From the human T2T-CHM13v2.0 reference genome, Homo sapiens, in the NCBI RefSeq assembly GCF_009914755.1, contig NC_060941.1: 64,000 bases of DNA, one strand, 5' to 3'. The notes beneath the pieces were generated by a model. The model saw only the letters and a program-made list of their open reading frames with translations, did no database searches and was not told where the DNA came from. How positions within the stretch are numbered: the first letter of the stretch is position 1; every line of letters begins with the position of its first letter. The translations under genes and the position numbers were made by a program. Below, one piece after another: positions 29,118-48,459 of this stretch.

Positions 29118-31423
29118 AAGTACATTATATTTAGAAGACAAAGAATAAATAGAGAAACTATTTAGGAATATCATGCTAAAAAGAGTGTTATGAATTTGTC
29201 TTCTGAGTTTCTATGAACATCAGTAGCAATTCATCAACCAATATTTAAGGGCCAAATATGAATCAAAATCTACTGGATATTTATATTCCCATTACATTGA
29301 TTGCAGCAATGAGTATTATTTGGTTGTAATCAAGGATATAATTGTGCAAGGTCATGCAGACTGAGAGAGTACCTTATCCTGAAAGCATTATTTTTAACTC
29401 TCAGGAAATTATATAGTTAATTAGAGAAACTTGAATATTTAACAAAATTAGGAGAAGGAAAGTTTTCTTGGGAGGGAAAGTAAAGTGAATATGCAAGATA
29501 AGCAGGAATCTTGTAGACTATCTTGTGGCAGATACCACCATTATTTCTATTTTAGAGATAAAGAAATAAAAACATAAAGTAATATATCTAAAGATGTGAA
29601 GCTAATCAGTACCAAATACTAGCAAGAATGATTAAAAAGACCCTATCAATATCAGAAATGTAAAATATCAATTTATGTCTAAAAGCATATCTTTGTTTAT
29701 GTCTAATACATATCCAAGGCATAAGAAATAGAGAAAACTAAATACAGCAAAATATTGTAATAAAATAATCTTTATATAAAAAATGATACACTTACAATTC
29801 AGTTGGAAATATATAAAAAAATTCAAGCTATGGAAAACTTTCCATTGTGGATTTATTTCAATTTTTAGATATGTATCAAGAAATAATTTATAACTTTAGA
29901 GTCTTACTTAACTGAAGCATGATATTTTAAATTTAAAGGTAAAATAGAAATTATGTGAATCCAGAGTTAAGTAGTATTATGTTAATTGCACAATCTTACT
30001 AGAATTAGGAAATGAATGTTAATTTGAACTATGGCATATAGTCAAGCTTTTAATTCGTATTTCTTTCACAATTCTCATTAAGAATTAGAGCTGATCTGGC
30101 TTTTTACAAATCATCAACATTGCCAAGATGGTTTGGAATAGTGCAGTGTTTCAGAGCAGAGAGGTTCATAAGGTTTTATTAGGTCCCATGGGAGAACATC
30201 AACTTGTTCTATTCTCCCCCAAGAAACAAACAAATTCACTCAGTGAAAAATCCTCTGTGAGTGGATCTTTGCACACTGATAAGGAGATGGTACAATAGTT
30301 GGCATTATAGAACTTTGATGATGTGGAAGAAACACATGGAAGTCATACTTTCTGGGTAAATCAACAAGGTTAGTTAGACACAAATAAACATATTTTTCTC
30401 TACGAGACTAATTTTGTAGAATTTAAATTCCACTTGTAATTATAGAGAAAAAAGTGGCAAAATATATACTGTCTGCATTTATTCTTGACCAAGAAAATCC
30501 TGAAAAGTATAATACTAAAAAATCGAAAAGGAAATGCTCACGTGATGTAAATATTAGGAAGTTTCCAACTCGGGAATTGAGGTATTACAGAAAGACTAGG
30601 AAGCAGCTACCTACATCAAAGCAGGGTGAATTAAACAGAAGAAATGAGGTACCATTAATTAGGTTAATGAGGAACCTTCAGTGGACTGGTTCTTATACTT
30701 CTGAGGGGAAATGGTATAGATGGAGTTGGAAAAGCCATGGGAAGCTCAGAGGTTTCAGCTGTAGATTTGTTCTTTTAGTCAAGCAAGCCGAAAGAAAGTA
30801 TTTACCAACCTTTGGTGAATGCCTTGAAAGCTACTGTTTCGCATATGTTGTTCAATGTTTTAGTTTTGGCAGAACGGTCACTATGGTTTGGGCTGGCATT
30901 GGAAGTTTAGAGCAATTTGTCTTAAAATATTTTCATTTGCAAAATTCAACAACACTGAAAGATGCTACAAAATGTAGCTTGACCCCAGATGCTTATCAAA
31001 AATGCTTATTGAATAGCATTGGAGCTTATATAAATTATTAATTTCAATTATTAAGTATTAAGATCTAGTAAGAGTTTAATACAAGGTGATTACATCTTTC
31101 CAAATCAAACTAAGAACTTCTTAATCATCTTTGGGTAACATTTTTGGATAATTTTTTGTAACATTTTCCAATAATGGCTAATAGCATGTCTGCTTCATTT
31201 TCATAGTCAGATACCTGTGATTCATGTGAAGAATTCTCATACATTTAGTCAGAGTTTTATCTTATTTTATTTGAAAATAAATAAACATTTTTTTGCCCTG
31301 GAATTATGTTTAATCTTGGCTCCAGGAGTTATGTAATAAACCATTGGTATAATTGAAGACTTCAACACTGGTCTTCCTATTCCATATATCTTAGAGTTAC
31401 TAGTTCCTTCTCACTTTTGAAGA

Positions 31424-31720
31424 TTTTTTTTTTTGACGGAGTCTTATGCTGTTGCCAGGCTGGAGTTCGGTGGCATGATCTTTGGTTACTGCAACCTCCG
31501 ACTCCCTGGTTCAAGTGATTCTCCTACCTCAGCCTCCCGAGTAGCTAGGATTACACGCACCTACCACTACACCCGGCTAATTTTTTTTGTGTGTGTGTTT
31601 TTAGTAGAGACGGGGTTTCACCATGTTGGCCAGAATGGTCTTGATCTCCTGACCTCGTGATCCACCAGCCTTGGCCTCCCAAAGTGCTGGGATTACAGGC
31701 ATTAGCCACCACACCTGGCC
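31424..31720 (-). mobile_element. Alu, full length (AluSc-like)
   Basis: Antisense Alu with both arms. Confidence 0.93.
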
Positions 31721-31799
31721 ACTTTTGATGGATTTTTAAAATTTCTATATGACTTTATGTCATCTAAATTTTAACTCAAATGCACTCGTGTTAATTTGT

Positions 31800-32035
31800 T
31801 AACATTTTATTTTTTATTTTTGCGGCTACATAATAGGTATTTATATCTGTGGCATATGTGAGACATTTTGATATAAGTATACAATGCGTCAAAATCACAT
31901 CAGGACAAATGGAATATCCATCACCTCAAGCATTCATCCTTTTTTGTGTTACAAGCAGTCTGACCATACTCTTTTAGTTATTTAAAAATGTACAATGAAT
32001 TATTGTTGACTGTATTCACCGTGTTGTGCTATCAA
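31800..32035 (-). mobile_element. L1MA 3'UTR fragment
   Basis: tacataataggtatttatat...atatccatcacctcaagcattcatcc...gtgttgtgctatcaaa. Confidence 0.8.
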
Positions 32036-32829
32036 ATTACCACAATCAGAATAACTTCTCAACCTGTCTCCATATTTTACACTGATGTTGAAAAGTCAGT
32101 TCCACAGAAAGCAATATTTCAATTCAAATAATAAATTACAGTCTTGTTAAATGTTATTTAAAATATTACAGTGAAGAATATGAAGAGATTACATAAAATT
32201 TTCCCCAGGTTTAAAATAATACTCAAATGCCTAAATATATCAGAGCTATTTCTAATGATGTATTTCAGTTTGTATATCTTTACTCACAAATATTATTTGA
32301 AAAATAAGACAATCTTCTATTTCTTTATACATATTTACATATGTAAGCCATTACCTATTAGCTGGCAATTTTTAAAAAAACATAATAGGAATATATACCT
32401 TTTAACTTTATCATTCATTGATACTATTGACTACAAGAATAAAAATATATAAGTAAAAATATAGATTTTATATAACCAGCGCCAAATTATATGTGCATTT
32501 ATCAAACTTTTGGAGGCTTTTACATGAGAGGGCTATTACAATCACTCAAAAAATTTTAGAATATAAAAACTCTCTAATTTCAAGGAATGTAAATCTTTTA
32601 AGAGGCAGGCAAGTGAAAAGTTGAATCAAATTAGAGGAAGGTCTATATCAAAGTAATGGATAATTATTGAATTTTGAGAATTTCTTATTAAAAATATTAC
32701 TTGAAACTGTCTCTGTCTATGGCTTAATTTTTTGTCTTATGGTTTTTGAAAAGCATATTTTATTTTTTTAAATTTAAACAATATAATTAAGTACAAATTA
32801 TAAAACCCTTCCATTGGCTAAAGTTATCA

Positions 32830-33715
32830 ATTTACTTTTCATTATTATGGGTACATAATAGTGTCTATATTAATGGGGTACATGTGATGTTTTGATAGTG
32901 ACATACAATGTGTAATTATCAAAACAGGGTAACTGGGATATTAATCACCTCAATTATTTATTATTTCTTTGTGTTAGGAACATTCCAAGTCTACTTTTTC
33001 AGTTATTTTAAAATATACAGCAAACGACTATTATCTACAGTCACTCTATTGTGCTACTGAATACTTGATCTTATTCATTCTAATTGTATTTTTTTGTGCC
33101 CATTAACCATTTCCCCTCTATCCCCTTGTTCTGCTACCCTTCTCAGCCACTGAAAACCATCTTTCTACTTTCTATCTCCATGAGTTTATTTTTTCAGCTT
33201 CCATATATGAGTGAAGAGATATAATATTTGTCTTTCTGAGCCTAATTTACTTCACTTAACATAATGTTTTTCAGTTCCATTCACGTTGTTGCAAATGACA
33301 GGATCTCATTCATTTCTATGGCTGAATAGTGCTCCATTATGTATATATACTACACTCCTTTGTCCATTCATCTATTGATGGAAAATTAAGTCAATTTCAT
33401 ACCTTGGCTATTGTGAATATTGCTGCAATAAACAATTGCTGCAATATTATTGCTGCAATAAACATGAAAGTATAGATATTTCTTTGATACACTGATTTAC
33501 TTTCTTTAGGGTGTACACCCATTAATGGTATTGCAGGATGATATGGTAGTTCTATTTTTAGTTTTTTTTAAAAAACCTCCAAGCTGTTCATAGTGGTAAT
33601 ACTACTTTACATTCCGACCAATGGTGTATGAGATTATTCTATTCTCCAAATCCTTACCAGCATTCTTTATTGCCTATCTTTTGCATAAAAGTCATTTTAA
33701 CTGGGATGAGATGAT
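32830..33715 (-). mobile_element. L1MA 3' end
   Basis: gggtacataatagtg...gttgcaaatgacaggatctcattc...ccttggctattgtgaata...tcattttaactgggatgagatgata. Confidence 0.88.
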
Positions 33716-34430
33716 ACAACTTAAAATGACCATGAGAAAACCGTACATATTATTGGAACTAAAATCAACAAAATTGATCGTAGCCCGTGTTGCTGTGGAT
33801 GGAGAACAAATAAAACTCTCACACATTTGGGTAAAAAATCAAACTTTATAACCACCTTGGAAAATAGTTTGGCAGCATCTTCATACATTGAACATAATAC
33901 CTGCCAGCTATTTCATCCTTAGATATTAACCCAAAATAAATGATAATATATGTCCATACAAAAACTTGTACACTGATCTTCATAACTAATTTTTTCCTAG
34001 TAGCCCAATACTGGAAATAACCCAAGTGTCTATGAATAGGGGAATGGTGAAAAAAATGAACATATCCATACAATGGAAGAGTATTCGTCAATAAGAGAAA
34101 AACTCTTCATACATGCAACAATATTGATAAATCTCAAGAATTATACTAAGTAAAAGGAGTCAAGCTATTACCTGCCTCCAAAAAAGACAATATTAAATGG
34201 TTTCATGTATGTAACATTATAGAGAGCACAAACTATTCCATACTGACAAAAGTCAGGGCAGTGCTTCCTTGGGGATGAAAACTAGGCAGCATTAGGAGAG
34301 TGAGACTGAAAGGAACATGAGAAAACATTTGAAGGTAATGGATTTGTTCACTGTGTTAATACAATGCATTTTTACGTATAAGACCTACCAACTTCCACAA
34401 TTTAAATATGCACAGTTAATTGTAAAAAAA
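33716..34430 (+). mobile_element. L1ME 3' end
   Basis: ccaccttggaaaatagtttggcag, tgtccatacaaaaacttgtacac, ctggaaataacccaagtgtc, catacatgcaacaa. Confidence 0.8.
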
Positions 34431-35519
34431 GTATGAGTAAATAGAAAAGAAGCCACAAAGTCACTTGACACTGAATAAATTTTTCAAAAAAGTTATCGTA
34501 GAAAAGGGAAAGTCTTATATATGCTGTAAAAGTTAAAGGACATGCCACTAGACTAGATGCATAACGTGGGAAGGAGGGGAGAGCATTCTAGGCAAAGGAA
34601 GCAAAGGAAGAATAAAGCATTAATGCCAAGGAGTGTTGAGAAGGAAGTGATAACACTGGGATGAAAAACTACAACAGGGTGAAGAACAGCTGTGAACATA
34701 ACATTGGTAGATAGATTTATCCTCTAAGGGATGGCAATACGGTAAAAGATTTCCAAAAAGTTCACATAAAAAAATGAGTGTCAGCGTTAGTGAAACAAAA
34801 GTCCTGGCAGAGAGTAAGACTGGAGGGAGAAAACATTAAGACAAACAAGAATATGCAACTTTAAATAAGATAAATATAAATATTTTATTGTTATAACACC
34901 TTATACCCTATTGACCTTGTGAACTTCAAAAACATATGTAAAATATAAATCAAGAATATTCTGTATGGTGAGATTATAGAATCAAATAGCAATTCAAAGA
35001 CCCCAAATTCCAAAATGTATTCTAAGTAGTATAATTTTTTTGTTAGTAAGTGTAAAATCTATTTCAATCATATCTAATCAGCTTGCTCATTAGAAATAGC
35101 GTATAGTGTTTTCAGCTAGTAAATAAGTCTGTCACGTTTCATTATTATTATTATTAAAGTATTATTAGTATCTATTTCTTTCCCTCAAAGTCATAACAGC
35201 CTATTCACTAGATAAAATCAGCTAATTTTTCCAACATTACACTTAAAACAAGTCTTTTTTTCTGAATTGCTTGATGGTGACTTTTGAAAAGAACTTTCAT
35301 GAGGTAGACAAAAATAAACTGCAAAATACACATTTATAAAACAGAATTAAAACAATGATACATGAATCTGGAATTAGAGAAAATAATCAGCATATAAATA
35401 GAATCTGAGAAGAAGTATTACCCTTGAAAATAATGGCTGTATCATTTGTAATATATGTAATACTCATAACATTCATCTTGTGGGTTTTTTTTTTGCTTTT
35501 AAACAAACAGTTTTGGATT

Positions 35520-35795
35520 TTGTTGTTTCATTTTATTATAAGTGACACATGTTTGTACATATTTATGAGTTAAAGTATCATGTTTCAGTAATGGATACAT
35601 TGTATAATGATTAAATCAGTGTGATTAGCTTATCCTTAACATTAAACATTTACCAATTCTTTGTGATGATAGCATTCAAGATCATTTCTTCTAGTTATCC
35701 TGAAACATACAAAGCATTATTGTCAGCTATTTTCACCTACCGTGTGATAAAACACTAGAAGTTATTCTTCCTGTCTAACTGTAACTTTGTACCTA
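35520..35795 (-). mobile_element. L1MA 3'UTR fragment
   Basis: gtacatatttatg...acattgtataatgattaaatcag...ctaactgtaactttgtacc. Confidence 0.7.
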
Positions 35796-38352
35796 ATATT
35801 CAGATAGGCAAGTAACTTTGTCATATATGTAACCTGGTCTAAATGAACAGTAAACAGTGATCGGTCTTGGTTTATTATGTTGACTAATAGAGAGATCAGT
35901 GGTCATAATAATCTTTTTTCAAATGTGTTTCCATTTGTAAGAAAATTTTATTTATAATTTGAAAGTGCTCAGCTCTGCTTTTCTATATCGTTTTGATACC
36001 ATTGTCCACAGTTGTATGCTTTTGATGCAAATATTTCAGATTATTTAAAAGTCTTAGGAAGGTTAAAATTACTACATATTAATACATTATCTGGCATGTT
36101 TATTATAACCAAATAAAAAAGTTTATTCCTCTTTTAATAGAATTTTAAACACATGTGAGTTGTTCTTGTATTCTTTTATGAAAAATGCTCATTTCAAGAG
36201 AACACATTTTAAGTCATATTTTTATCAAATATATTAATTAAAATTATAATGTCATTTCAAACTTTATTCAAACTTAATTCTCAACCTCTAGCCTGCTTGT
36301 CATGATAGTCTGAAATAATAATGACATAAAATACTCTGATGGGACAAATAAATTACTCTCACCTTTCTTGGGGAATGAGAAAGACAAAACAGAAAAATCA
36401 GTAAAAGATATAAAAGCAGTTTTCTGGAGTTTATTGGTTATAGTTACTTGTCACAAGTACCTGTGTTCATCTGAGTCTGTAATTACGTAGCTGACTCTCT
36501 GAAAAGGGAACACAGTGATGAAAAGACAAAACTTGAAATTACACAATTAATTGCAAACTATTTCTCCTAAGGCTATATATCACGCCTAAGAGAGCCTGAG
36601 CTTAAAGGTTATACTACTAATTCTCTTTTCAAATGGTACTTTTATTAGCCATTAAATATCACTCAGTGTGTGATTATTTTTACCCTTGTCTTAGAAATTG
36701 TGAACCTGAGACACTAAAATGGGTTAATGGCTCTAAATCAGACAATACATAAAAATCTCAACTAATTGGTTTTTGTAAACTGTTTGGATCAAGTTACATG
36801 CAAAAAAAAATGAGTACAAAGCTTCAGGGAAAAACACATTAAATAAATGTGTGCTTTACAATAGGAAAATTATAAAATATCAGCTTTTGTACTCATCTTC
36901 TTTTCAACATCTTTATCTTGAGAATGAGTGGGCTACTTCTGTAGTGAGGAAAACTCCCAGTAGTTAATCCGTTGCTAGTCATATATATACATATATATGC
37001 CATCATATGCCATCAGACACCTGAAATTTTAGATATATTATTGTAATTTATAGAACATATTTATGTTAGCCAATATTAAAAAACGAGGATATCCATTGGC
37101 TTGTTAAAGAATAACATCCGAACAGTACTGCAATGAAAGTTGCCCGCTAGTAGGGGTGTGTTTTTCTCACTTTTATAAATTCAGAGTTTGAATATAATAT
37201 GGGCCAATACATTGATACTGCATATAAAATAATTAAAAATGGAACATATCATCAGGCAGTATACAAATCTTTCGGGATACATAGTGTTGGGTGGGGGCAG
37301 AAGCTACATAAGAACTTAGGAAGTACAGTGGGTCAGGGAGAGATGGTACAAAAAGAGTTATCACAAAATTTGCATTTCATATTTGGATCCAAACACACAC
37401 ACACACACATACACACACACACACTCTTATACAACTGGATTTGGTACTTTTTGATACTTTTTATAGACTTTTTTAGGAATGTGCCCTTAACCCACGCACA
37501 CAAAAGACCTCGCTCAAGTTAACACAACTTGTCATTACAAGCAGAAGAAAGCAAAGCATTGTGGTAGTTCATCTTGGAAATATCTGTAAGGTTTTTATCT
37601 GATCAGTTGGCTTTTTTTTATGTTTTTAAAACAAAATAGAATTTGGAAAATGCAAGCTGTATATTATATTTGTAATGAATTTTATACTTCAAAAATGAAA
37701 GTGAGTGACTTCCTAGTAGTAAATATTTAAATACTTCAACAATTCTAATACTTAAATAGTGGATTGTAAATTTATTACTGAACTAAATAAATTCTTCAAA
37801 GGTATTTTATTTAGTCTGTAAAACATTTGTCAGTTACCTAGCTTTATAATTTAAGGAGTTTTTCTTCATCTATAATAAAAAGTTTAGTCTCTGAAACTAT
37901 TATCATAATTGTATAGTTATATGTGTTTGATTTTCTAGAGGAGCATATACTCACCAAAAAGTGTTTTATATCATCAAGAAGAGTAAAGGAATAATAAAAT
38001 TATTACCATATTGTAGAGTTGCTACAAATAATATGCTATGCTGCTGTTTCAACAAAACTGTCTACAGTTTTTTTAGGCAAGTAACTCATTTCTTATATAT
38101 CAGATTAATGATTATGAAAACTGTAAATATGTAAAGCAGGTATGAAGCAATAAATTTTTTTCTACTTAGTAAACTCTGGAAACATCTTTATATCAGGAAA
38201 TGTCTTTACTCTTAGTGATGTTTAGAATAGCCACCCTTTTTAGTAATGCAAAAGGGATGAAAATGCCTTTTACCTCATGACTTATTTCATTTAGGTCACC
38301 ATTTTTATACCTGTTTGATATAAGTTATTTAATTTTTTATTTTAACTTTATA

Positions 38353-38680
38353 ATATTGCATGGTCTCACTTACATGTGAAAGCTAAGAAGGTTAAAATCT
38401 TGAATAAAGAATAGAATAGTGGTTTCCAGAGGCTGGAAGGGTTGTGGGGAGGAGAAGATGAGGAGACATTGGTTAATGGGTAAAAAATAAAGTTAGATAG
38501 AATCAATACAACCTAGTGTTCTGGCACAATAGGGTGACTATAGTTAATAATAGTTTATTGTATATTTCAAAATAACTAAAAGAACGAAATGGGAATTTTT
38601 CTAATAAAAATAAATTATAAATGTGTGAGGTGATATATATCCCAGTGACTCCAATTTGATCACGATAATGCATTACATTG
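38353..38680 (+). mobile_element. L1MA 3'UTR fragment
   Basis: tattgcatggtctcacttacatgtg...agtggtttccagaggctgg...agggtgactatagttaataat. Confidence 0.85.
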
Positions 38681-39489
38681 TAAGCTTGATTTTTAAACAT
38701 ACATACATTTTGAAGAATCAAATAATCTACAAAATTTATCTATTACAAAAACAAAACACAGTAGCCAACCCTAGCTCTGTTTTAATGACAAAAACAGAAA
38801 AACCAAGGAGCAATGAGAGTATAAGCATGACATTTAGAAATATAGGGATTATAAACAAAAGTACACAGCTATCCCAAGGTACGGTGAGTGGCCAGCTCCT
38901 CCCTTCAGCTAAGGCACTCTCAAAAGGCTGGCAGCTCAGGGCTGTTTGCAGGTGGCCCTCCCAGCACTGGGAGTAACACATAATCCTGTACTGAAGGAGG
39001 ATCTTGACAGTGTCACGTGGCTTCCATCCATTCCCTACTTTGGTGCTGGATCACCTTTTGTTCAGAATTGCATATTATTTCCTTTCTTGGTATCTCCTTT
39101 GTTTTGTTATATGCTCTACTGTAGTTTCCTAAAGTCCATAGGAGTTAAGATTTCTGAGACCTTGTACATCTGAAATCTACACTTAACTTTCAAATAATTG
39201 TTAGCATGGGACATAATTTAAGTTTGGAAATCAAATTTGCTTCAGAAGTTAAAGTCATTGCATCATTCTCTCTCAGCTTCAGAGATGCTGTTGAGAAATC
39301 CAGTGTCAATTTAACTTTTTATCATTACTATATTAGCTTTTCCGCTTTGAATTCACCTAGGATATTCTCTTTTTCCCAAGTAATCTTAAATTTCAGGCTT
39401 ATTTGCCCCAGAATGGATCTATTTTCATCCATTTTTTGTCTCTCAATGGGGCCTTGCAACTTAGAAATTTAAATTATTTGTTCAATGAT

Positions 39490-39805
39490 TGTCTACTCTC
39501 TATTATATCTGTGTTCTTTTTAAGTATTACATTATTAAATTAAATTTACAGTATATTAACTATATATTCAATAATATATTAAAATATATATTAATGTTAT
39601 CAATGCATATATATTATGCATTACATTATTATATTCTATATAATATACATCAGGGGTATTTTATTAATGTATATTAAAATTATGGTATATAACGTATCTA
39701 TATATACATATATATGTTTATGTTATACAATGTATATGTATACATATACATATAGGTATAACATGTATATACATGTGTGCGTGTGTGCATGTATGTGTAC
39801 ATATA
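39490..39805. repeat. AT-rich low-complexity / (TA)(CA)-like simple repeat
   Basis: Degenerate tatata/tacata array. Confidence 0.75.
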
Positions 39806-40259
39806 TGTAGTTAGCATAAAGTAAAATGGAGACCAGAACTGGAGAACCCCTGAGTAGACAAACCCATTAAGGCCTCATTAGTGATATTATATTAATCTTG
39901 CTTGGTTTGTAAACATAATTTAACTTGAGCTATCTCTCTTATATACCCATATTAAAGAAAACTAACATTTAAGGCTAACCAATCAAAAGCCATCAATTAA
40001 TTATAGTTATTATGAATGTTGCAGCAGGATAGACCAAATAAGGCTTTATTGGTCTATTTTTGGATTGATAATAATGTTAATATATTTGACTTTAATGACT
40101 CAAAAATTGTCATTACTTTACTTCCATGTTCTCTGTATAAAAGCCTTCCCCTGGCATTCCTTCAGCACAGCCACTTTTGGTTTACAGCAGCCTTATTCAT
40201 GAATCACTGGTTGCTAAAATTAAGTATAGTATTATTGTGCTTTTCTTTACACTTTAACA
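39806..40259 (+). mobile_element. ERV1 solo LTR (LTR54/MER57/MER93 group)
   Basis: aaaatggagaccag...ccctgagtagacaaa, ctaaccaatca, gaccaaataagg, tgtataaaag, ends tttaaca. Sits within degraded antisense L1M sequence. Confidence 0.65.
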
Positions 40260-41414
40260 GACAAATTTTATATATAGTTATATATAAGCATATATCAATA
40301 TACATATATTTATCATGTATAATTTGTCTATATTACATACATATATATGGTCTACAAAAGTTCTGGTCTGGTTTGCAATTTTAAGTTTCACTTTTGTTCT
40401 TAGAGTGTCACAATAATATCTTTCAGTCTTTCTACTAAATTTCAATTCTCTGCTCATATATTTAATTTAAAAAATTCTTTTGTTCTCTGAGTATTTATGA
40501 AGTACCATAATCTTGTTTCACAGACATGATAGCATTTCTTTTATCTCTGAAATGGTAATGAAAGTTTTTGCTTTTTTCTGTTTCTATTTTATTTTTAGTT
40601 ACCTATCTTCACAGTCTCTGTTTTTTCCAAGTTGCTTTCTTTAAGTTTGTCTGTTTAATATTAGAACATTCCTTTCGTATCTGTGATCTTGACTCATGTT
40701 TAAGATGGAGTCATTAAATCTTATTTGAGAATTTGTACACATGCATGCTGTTTGTGGATTGCACATGTGGTGACCTAGCAAGACAATATTACTGGAAAAT
40801 ACCCAGAGCCAATGTATCAGGTCATTTTTGAGGGAATAATCAGGTTTCTGAAAATATAAATCTTTCACTCTTTAGCTGCCCCTACTTCCTATTTGTGTGG
40901 TATTCTTCCTCTCAATTGTGGTAGAACTGTGGCCAGAAGCACTGTGGTCCAGATACTTTTTCTACCTCGATGGGTAATAAATTTCAATTTTCTAAGATAA
41001 TGAAAGACAGCCTCTTCTGATTGCCTGAAGTAGAAAATCCAACTTTCAAGCAATCTTCCAATTTTCACCCTTTCTCCTAACCTACCTCATGTTGCCAATT
41101 ACTGAACCCTGCAAATGTTCCACAGTGCACGTCACTTTGCTGCTCAGCTGTCCATACTGCCTCTTTAGGATTTTACTTGTTAAGGCCAATTGACAGTTAC
41201 CATTATGCTGGTTTTTCTTTGCTTAAAATACTTTTGCTATTATTTCCCCTTCTAACTCTCAGAAGAAACAGATGCAAATGTTTGTGTTTAAAACAATGTC
41301 TTCAAACTGGAAATTCATATTTACTAAAATTACCTGATTTAGCTCTTCAAAAATAGAGAGCAATTTATTTATATTATTACATATTTTCAGTAACTCTTTA
41401 AACTCCTTTATAAC

Positions 41415-43295
41415 ATGTGTGCGATTGAATTCCAGTTACCTCAGCATCATTTATTGAAAAGGGAGTCCTTTCCCCATTGCTTGTTTTTGTTAGCCTCGTT
41501 GAAGATCAGATGGTTATAGGTGTGTGGCTTTATTTCTGATTTTTCTATTCTGTTCCATTCGTTTGTGTGTCTATTTTTGTAGCAACATCAAGCTATTTTG
41601 GTTACCGTGGCTTTATAATATGATGTAATGTCGAGTAATGTGATGCTTCTGGCTTTGTTCTTTTGGCTTAGCATTGTTTTGGTTATTTGGGCTCTTTTCT
41701 AGTGCCTTATGAATTTTAAAATCATTTTTTTCTAATTCCGTGTATAATGACATTGGTAGTTTGATAGGAATAGCAATGCAAATTGCTTTAGGCACCGTGG
41801 CCATTTTTATGATATTGATTCTTCCAATCAATGAGCATGGAATGTTTTTTCTATTTATTTGTGTTACCTCTGATTTCTTTCAGCAGCGTTTCGTAGTTCT
41901 CCTTGTAGAGATCTTTCACCTCCTTGGTTAGCTGTATTCCTAGGTATTTCATTTTCTTTGAGTCCATTGTAAGTGGAATTGTGTTCTTGATTTCACTCTT
42001 AACTCTTAGCATAGATGTTGTTGGTGTATGGAAATGCTACTTATTTTTACACATCGATTTTGTATCCTGAAACTTTACTTATATTGATTATCAATTCTAG
42101 GAGCCTTTTGGTAGACTCTTTAGCATTTTGCAATAGAATCATGTCATTAGCAAAGAGAGTTTGAATTCTTCTTTTCCTATTTGGATATCTTTTATTTCTT
42201 GCTCTTGCCTGATTGCTGTGTTTAGAATTTCTAGTACTATATTGAATAGGAGTGGTTAGAGTGGACATCCTTGTCTTATTCCAGTTCTCAGGAGGAGTGT
42301 TTCCAGTTTTTGCCCATTCTGTATGGGGTTGGCTGTGGATTTGCCATAGATAGCTCTTATTATTTTGAGATATGTTCCTTTAATGCCTAGTTTTTTGAGG
42401 GTATTTAATATTAAGTGTTTTTGAATTTTATCAAAAGTCCTTTTTATGTCTTTTGAGATAATCATGTGGTTTTTATTTTTATTTCTATAATAAATCTCAT
42501 TTATTAATTTTTATATATTGCAACAACCTAGCATTCCAGGAATAAAGCTGCTGGATTAGCTTTTTAATATGCTACTGGTTATTTTCGTCTCCCTAGGTGT
42601 GATTTTAGGATGTCAATTTCAGATCTCTAACTTTTTCACATGGGTGTTTTCCACTATAACCTTCCAAATTAACATGGCTTAGCTGTGTCCCAAAGATTTT
42701 GGTATGTTGCATCTTTGTTTTCATTTGTTTCAAATATTTTTTTTCATTTCTGCCTTAATTTAAATTTTCCCCAAAGTCGTTCAGGAGCAGGTTGTTTAAT
42801 TAGCATGTAATTATATGGTTTTGAAAGAGATTCTTGGTATAAATTTCTATTTTATTGCGATGTGGTTTGGGAGTGTGGTTGATATAATGGGTTTCTTAAG
42901 GACGTCTTGCAAGGCTGGTCTGGTGGTAATGAATTCCCTTGGCATTTGCAAATCCGAAAAGGATTTTATTTCCGCTTCACTTTTGAAGCTTAGTTTGGCA
43001 GGATCTGAAACTCTTGGTTGGATTTTTTTCTTTACAAATGCTAAATATAGATTCCCAATCTCTTCTGGGTGGCAGAGTTTCTGCTGAAAGGTCTGCTGTA
43101 GTCTGATGGGGTTCCCTTTGTAAGTGACCTAACCCTTTTCTGTAGCTGCTTTAATATTTTTTTCGTTCACACTGACCTTGATGAATCTGATGATTATGCG
43201 TTTTGGGGATGGTTGTCTTTTCCACTGTCTCACAGGAGTTCTCTGAATTGCCTGAATTTGAATGTCAACCTCTCTAGCAAGGTTGGGGAAATCTC
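41415..43295 (-). mobile_element. primate LINE-1 (L1PA/L1PB-like) fragment, internally deleted, ORF2 RT part plus ORF1 part
   Basis: Minus-strand ORFs resemble L1 ORF2p ([15 protein letters not shown]; FDKIQ...[15 protein letters not shown]...TGIRQGCPL). 42890-43295 resembles antisense ORF1 and ends abruptly. Confidence 0.92.
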
Positions 43296-43297
43296 TT

Positions 43298-48063
<4,766 letters not shown>

Positions 48064-48173
48064 ACAAGGGGTGCGCGTTTTTTAAAACATGGGAGAGGGA
48101 ATTGTGCTTCAGAATCACCACCAGCTGTTGCAACATCGGGTGCCACTCCATCCCGCTTCTGAGGCACGACGGA

Positions 48174-48438
48174 GCACTTTGGGAGGCCGAGGCGGGTGGA
48201 TTACCTGAGGTCAGGAGTTCGAGACCAGCCTGACCAAAATGGTGAAACCTGGTCTCTACTAAAAACACAAAAAATTAGCCAGACGTGGTGGCGCATGCCA
48301 GTAATGCCATCCATCTACTTGGGAGGCTGAGGCAGGAGAATCGCTTGAACCCCAGAGGCGAGGTTGTGGTGAGCCGAGATCGTGCCATTGCACTCCAGCC
48401 TGGGAAACGAGCGAAATTCCGTCTCAGGAAAAAAAAAA
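48174..48438 (+). mobile_element. Alu, 5'-truncated (AluSx-like)
   Basis: Begins at gcactttgggaggccgaggcggg and ends in an A-tail; no TSD visible. Confidence 0.9.
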
Positions 48439-48459
48439 TTTTTTTTAAAGGAAAAAAAA

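Noticed and set aside
30454-31041. 195-aa ORF, the longest outside the ubiquitin locus
   Set aside because: GTG start, no recognisable domain, AT-rich context and no evident gene structure; compatible with a chance ORF.
41613-42465. Reverse-transcriptase-like ORFs
   Set aside because: Fragmented L1 ORF2 with frameshifts and stops; not an active or novel RT system.
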